Source: a virus (Duplodnaviria > Caudoviricetes). Taken from it: DNA of 57,305 nucleotides. This document shows positions 54,109-57,305 of the stretch, one piece after another. The translations under genes were made by a program, and so were the position numbers. The stretch lies in the IMG/VR virus record IMGVR_UViG_3300021963_000150, positions 1-57,305 of that record, one strand, 5' to 3'. The notes beneath the pieces were generated by a model that was not told the DNA's origin, searched no databases, and saw only the letters and a program-made list of their open reading frames with translations. The stretch's first letter is position 1; each line of letters starts with the position of its first letter.

Positions 54109-54639
54109 ATGAGTTCCTGGGAAGATGATTACGATGAAATTATCTACTGGTTGGACAGAGATGAAGATGGCGTAGTCCCGATTCCGCCGGACATGCGTGA
54201 CAATTCCGTGCTTGGGTTTATTGCGGGTCTATCTCATAAAGACCGCTCGAGGCTGCGTGAGGCACTTGATTCACTGATGAATGAACTATCAGGGAATCTT
54301 GATGATGAGATGGAATTTACAGGCAGAGCCCCGGAAGATTTATTATTTATCGGCTCAGATGGAAAACGTGTTGTCAAAGGTTTTCATTATGCGCGCGAAG
54401 TTTTGGGCGAAGACGGACCGGTTATTTTGCCATCCTCCTCTCCATTTGTGATTATCGGGGCTTTTTCCGACGAGTACGTACGGGAGCATGCCGACGAAAT
54501 CAATGATTGCTACGACTCCCATGATGAAAAACAAGCAGCATGGGAACAACAAATGGCCCATTACGCAGTTTTAATCGCCGAAAAGCACGATTTATATCCG
54601 CCACTGACGCCGGATGAATTTCTTCGCAGCATCGACTAG
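54109..54639 (+). CDS. hypothetical acidic protein
   Basis: ORF 54073-54639, likely start MSSWED. Confidence 0.6.
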   Translation: MSSWEDDYDEIIYWLDRDEDGVVPIPPDMRDNSVLGFIAGLSHKDRSRLREALDSLMNELSGNLDDEMEFTGRAPEDLLFIGSDGKRVVKGFHYAREVLGEDGPVILPSSSPFVIIGAFSDEYVREHADEINDCYDSHDEKQAAWEQQMAHYAVLIAEKHDLYPPLTPDEFLRSID

Positions 54640-54675
54640 CCTTCGCCGTGCGTGCACACTCGGTGCACCGGTTGA

Positions 54676-55275
54676 TTGGAGAATGTTGTGCATTTTTGGG
54701 AGCAGGCCTCTGAGCAGGCCATTTCCGAGATTTATAAAGTTGACTACGCGCTAACGGACAATCTTCAGGTTGAGGTCCTCCTGGGCAACGTCCGGGCCCG
54801 GCTGGAAGGGCATATTGATGCATATTGGGCACCGGTCGACGGAGACGCTGCAGACGTCTACGAAGGTTGGCGCGAATTTGGCGCAGCAGCCAGGGCCCTG
54901 GGAAGAAAACTCGGTTTTTTGAAAAAATTCGGTCTCGAGTATTCGGACGTGCACGCAGTGGTCTGCCGCAAGCAGCGCGATTATGGCCACAAAAACATTT
55001 CGCGTTTCGGCCGCCAGGGATTAATGGTCCGCCTTCATGACAAGGTCGCGCGCCTGGAGAATCTCATCAGCGCTTCGCGGGAACCAAATAACGAGTCCGT
55101 TGAGGACAATGTGTTGGACCTGGTTGGTTATGCGTGCATCGGGATGATGTGGGAAACAGATACGTTCCTTCTTCCGTGCTACGACTCAACGGTGGCGGAA
55201 AGCCCAAAGATTTTGCATGTTGGTCGGGCCATGGACGACTTGTTCGCTAAAATGGGTATCGGCAGTTCTCTGTAG
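54676..55275 (+). CDS. nucleotide-modification-associated domain 1 (DUF1599-like) protein
   Basis: KQRDYG, RLHDKVARLENL, ESVED..LDL.GYA. Confidence 0.8.
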   Translation: MENVVHFWEQASEQAISEIYKVDYALTDNLQVEVLLGNVRARLEGHIDAYWAPVDGDAADVYEGWREFGAAARALGRKLGFLKKFGLEYSDVHAVVCRKQRDYGHKNISRFGRQGLMVRLHDKVARLENLISASREPNNESVEDNVLDLVGYACIGMMWETDTFLLPCYDSTVAESPKILHVGRAMDDLFAKMGIGSSL

Positions 55276-55857
55276 GAGAGATTGGGGGCCCCGCTGCGGC
55301 GGTATGGGGAGCGACCCGGGTTGGCGCCACCTGCTAACGCCTCCCCGGGTCGGCTCAACCCGGTCGACCTCCAGAGAGAAAGGGGGAAAACTCCTTCGGC
55401 CTGGAGGGCACATTACTGAGCCCATCATCTTCGTGCAAGTAAAATTAATTTGCGAATAGTTCTCTCGATTTGCGCAGCACGCTGGGAGGATTTTTCGAGG
55501 TCGCAAAGAAATTTGTCTGGAATGCTTGCACGGCCCCTGACCTTCGATTACGTTGTCGAGTACAACCAAACAGGGGCGCCCACACACCTGTAGAACTCTG
55601 AGTCCAAGACCAGAAGTTCTCTTCGGCGACCCCCGGAACGAACTTTTGTTTATCAAAGGTTCCCCCGGACCCCCTCCAAAGTAGGGTTAAGTTCTCTGGG
55701 ATTGTCCTGTTCTGGTAAATCGAGCCTGTGTTATTTCCGTTGATGGAAATGATGAGTCCTTGACTGTCTTTCCTCAACGGTTTAGTATTCGAATATCGAC
55801 ACGCGTGCGCGCGCGAGACAAAGGGGAAAAACTTGGTCACTATACTGACCCTCAGCA

Positions 55858-56246
55858 TGGAAGAAATCCCTCACCAGCCGAAAAAGCCCAAGAAACGGCG
55901 GGCTTCGCCACTCCAAAAGGCTGAACAGTCAGGCAAAGCATCAACGGTGGCGGAAAGCGAGATGGAAGAGGTTTATCAGTACTGGCTATCGGTGATGCGT
56001 CCAGGTCGTACGAGGGTTCCCAAGATGGACGTGGAGAGGTCCCGCAAGGTGAAGGCCGCCATTGCCGACTACGGGGTGGAGATGTGCAAGCAGGCAATTG
56101 ATGGCTGCGCGGCGTCGGACTTCCATATGGGCAAGAACCGGGCCAATAAGCGCTACGACGACTTGGAACTGATTTTCCGAGACCAATCGCACATCGAGAT
56201 GTTCCTCGAGCGCTCCGAGGGAAGAAAACAAAAAGGCGATTTTTGA
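55858..56246 (+). CDS. phage replication-initiator C-terminal-like protein
   Basis: V..YW......R..K...AI..YG.E....AIDG...SDF.MG.N.....D.E.I.R pattern; precedes a loader-like gene. Confidence 0.55.
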
Positions 56247-56247
56247 T

Positions 56248-56715
56248 ATGACCAAGGTTGAACTCGAGGACTTCGTGCGCGAAGCATTTGCGACATACAA
56301 CCAGACGTTCTACGAGGCCGACCGGGAATACATCTTGCGGGCATGGTGGAATCTGCTCAAGGACTTGGACGTTGCTGATGTGCGGACCAAGTTCTCCAAG
56401 ATGGCCGTTGCCAGTCGTGTATTGCCGACCCCAGGGATGCTGCGGCGAGCGGTGGTGGAAAGCAAGATGGACAAGGTGCCACCAAGCCCCCAGGAGGCCT
56501 GGGCGTTATTGCAGCGAATCACCCAAGGCATGAACCAGGGCACGCACCAGACCTCCGAGATTCACCCCGTCTTAGGGGAGACCATCAAGGTCCTGGGGCC
56601 CGTTGCCTTCACGTTGTCCACCAATGGCGACCGCGAATACTTCATGGGTATCTATTCGGACCGTTTGGCCGACTATCTTGTGGAGACGTACGAGGTGGAT
56701 GGAGGTGTGGGATGA
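56248..56715 (+). CDS. helicase loader/inhibitor (G39P-like)
   Basis: W..LL.DL....V.........S...PTP..LR, EAW. Confidence 0.6.
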   Translation: MTKVELEDFVREAFATYNQTFYEADREYILRAWWNLLKDLDVADVRTKFSKMAVASRVLPTPGMLRRAVVESKMDKVPPSPQEAWALLQRITQGMNQGTHQTSEIHPVLGETIKVLGPVAFTLSTNGDREYFMGIYSDRLADYLVETYEVDGGVG

Positions 56716-56882
56716 AACGCAACACAGGGCGCCCGGCAAAGATTCCTACAACGGATAAAACGACGTTGACCATGAAGATTGACGCCGACCTCAAGCGTCT
56801 CATCATCAAACAGTCGCAGGCCTACGGAATGACCATCACCGAGTATGTCACCATGCTGGTTGAGAGGGATGGGGGTTTGTGA
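56712..56882 (+). CDS. 56-aa RHH-like protein
   Basis: below cutoff; MKRNTGRP...TLTMKIDADLKRLII..S..YGMTITEYV. Confidence 0.6.
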   Translation: MKRNTGRPAKIPTTDKTTLTMKIDADLKRLIIKQSQAYGMTITEYVTMLVERDGGL

Positions 56883-57305
56883 TGGGGGTGGATATTCTCT
56901 CAGCAAGGGAAGTGTTTGATTTTGATGTCACAAAACTCATTAACTCCATGCCGACACCCAGCGCCTTGCCTGTTCCAGCAACAGAGGAAAACCAACGACT
57001 GAACGACGAAATCCTCAAGTATGCGAGCAATTGGGGTAAGCCATTTGGTTTTGCCAAAGAGCAAGGTGGAAGGTTGGTTCAAGACCTATTCCCAATCAAG
57101 AAAAATGAGACCGAACAGATTTCATCGTCATCCAAAGTTGATTTGGAAATGCACACCGAAACCGCATTCCACTCTCATGCCCCACGTTACGTCTTGTTGT
57201 TTTGTGTCCGCGGTGATGAAAACGCTGGAACAACATTGTCGTTTTTGACGGACGTGGTGTCAGGCCTCCATGATGACGAGATATCAATCCTAAGCCAAGA
57301 AATGT
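56882..57305 (+). CDS. TauD/clavaminate-synthase-like Fe(II)/2OG dioxygenase (truncated by window end)
   Basis: EQGGRLVQDLFP...EQISSSS..LEMHTETAFH..PRYVLLFCVRGD. Confidence 0.8.
   Translation, partial: MGVDILSAREVFDFDVTKLINSMPTPSALPVPATEENQRLNDEILKYASNWGKPFGFAKEQGGRLVQDLFPIKKNETEQISSSSKVDLEMHTETAFHSHAPRYVLLFCVRGDENAGTTLSFLTDVVSGLHDDEISILSQEM

Larger units (their letters stand above)
15712..55957 (+). repeat. 16 same-strand copies of ACGGTGG(C/T)GGAA(AG/GA)
   Basis: 15712,18685,20797,22733,25256,27323,30003,31798,34749,40427,43752,52050,53399,54087,55189,55944. Confidence 0.9.

Noticed and set aside
55445-55858. 137-aa minus-strand ORF
   Set aside because: No recognisable motif, opposite to flanking genes; cannot be supported

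Overview
This window is a segment of a large actinobacterial phage genome. Supporting genes are two WhiB regulators, SSB, a primase-helicase, an SNF2/HARP helicase, DUF932, two lytic transglycosylase-like proteins, a MoxR-type AAA/VWA pair, a DNA methyltransferase and replication initiator/loader-like genes; no structural genes are present. The main result is an RNA-guided TIGR-Tas-type system split over two loci. A 295-aa IS110/Nop-like protein with no evident nuclease domain (TasA-like, 38979-39866) carries a 2-unit dual-repeat array fused to its stop codon, and a second 15-unit array with the same repeats (9-nt repeat/9-nt spacer, 36-nt period) lies 24 kb away at 14489-15034. Both sit in a ~33-kb block of about 80 small genes. 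That block is organised by about 46 copies of a start-associated motif (AAATCCTTAC-N12-GACAG-N7-ATG) and by a strand-polarised 14-mer (ACGGTGGCGGAAAG, 16 copies). It also holds dispersed DnaA and LexA boxes, a candidate ~370-nt structured ncRNA and a triplicated peptide+RNA cassette. An oriC-like DnaA-box cluster with adjacent SOS boxes lies at 51.5-51.9 kb. All family calls come from motif recognition by eye; no searches were run.
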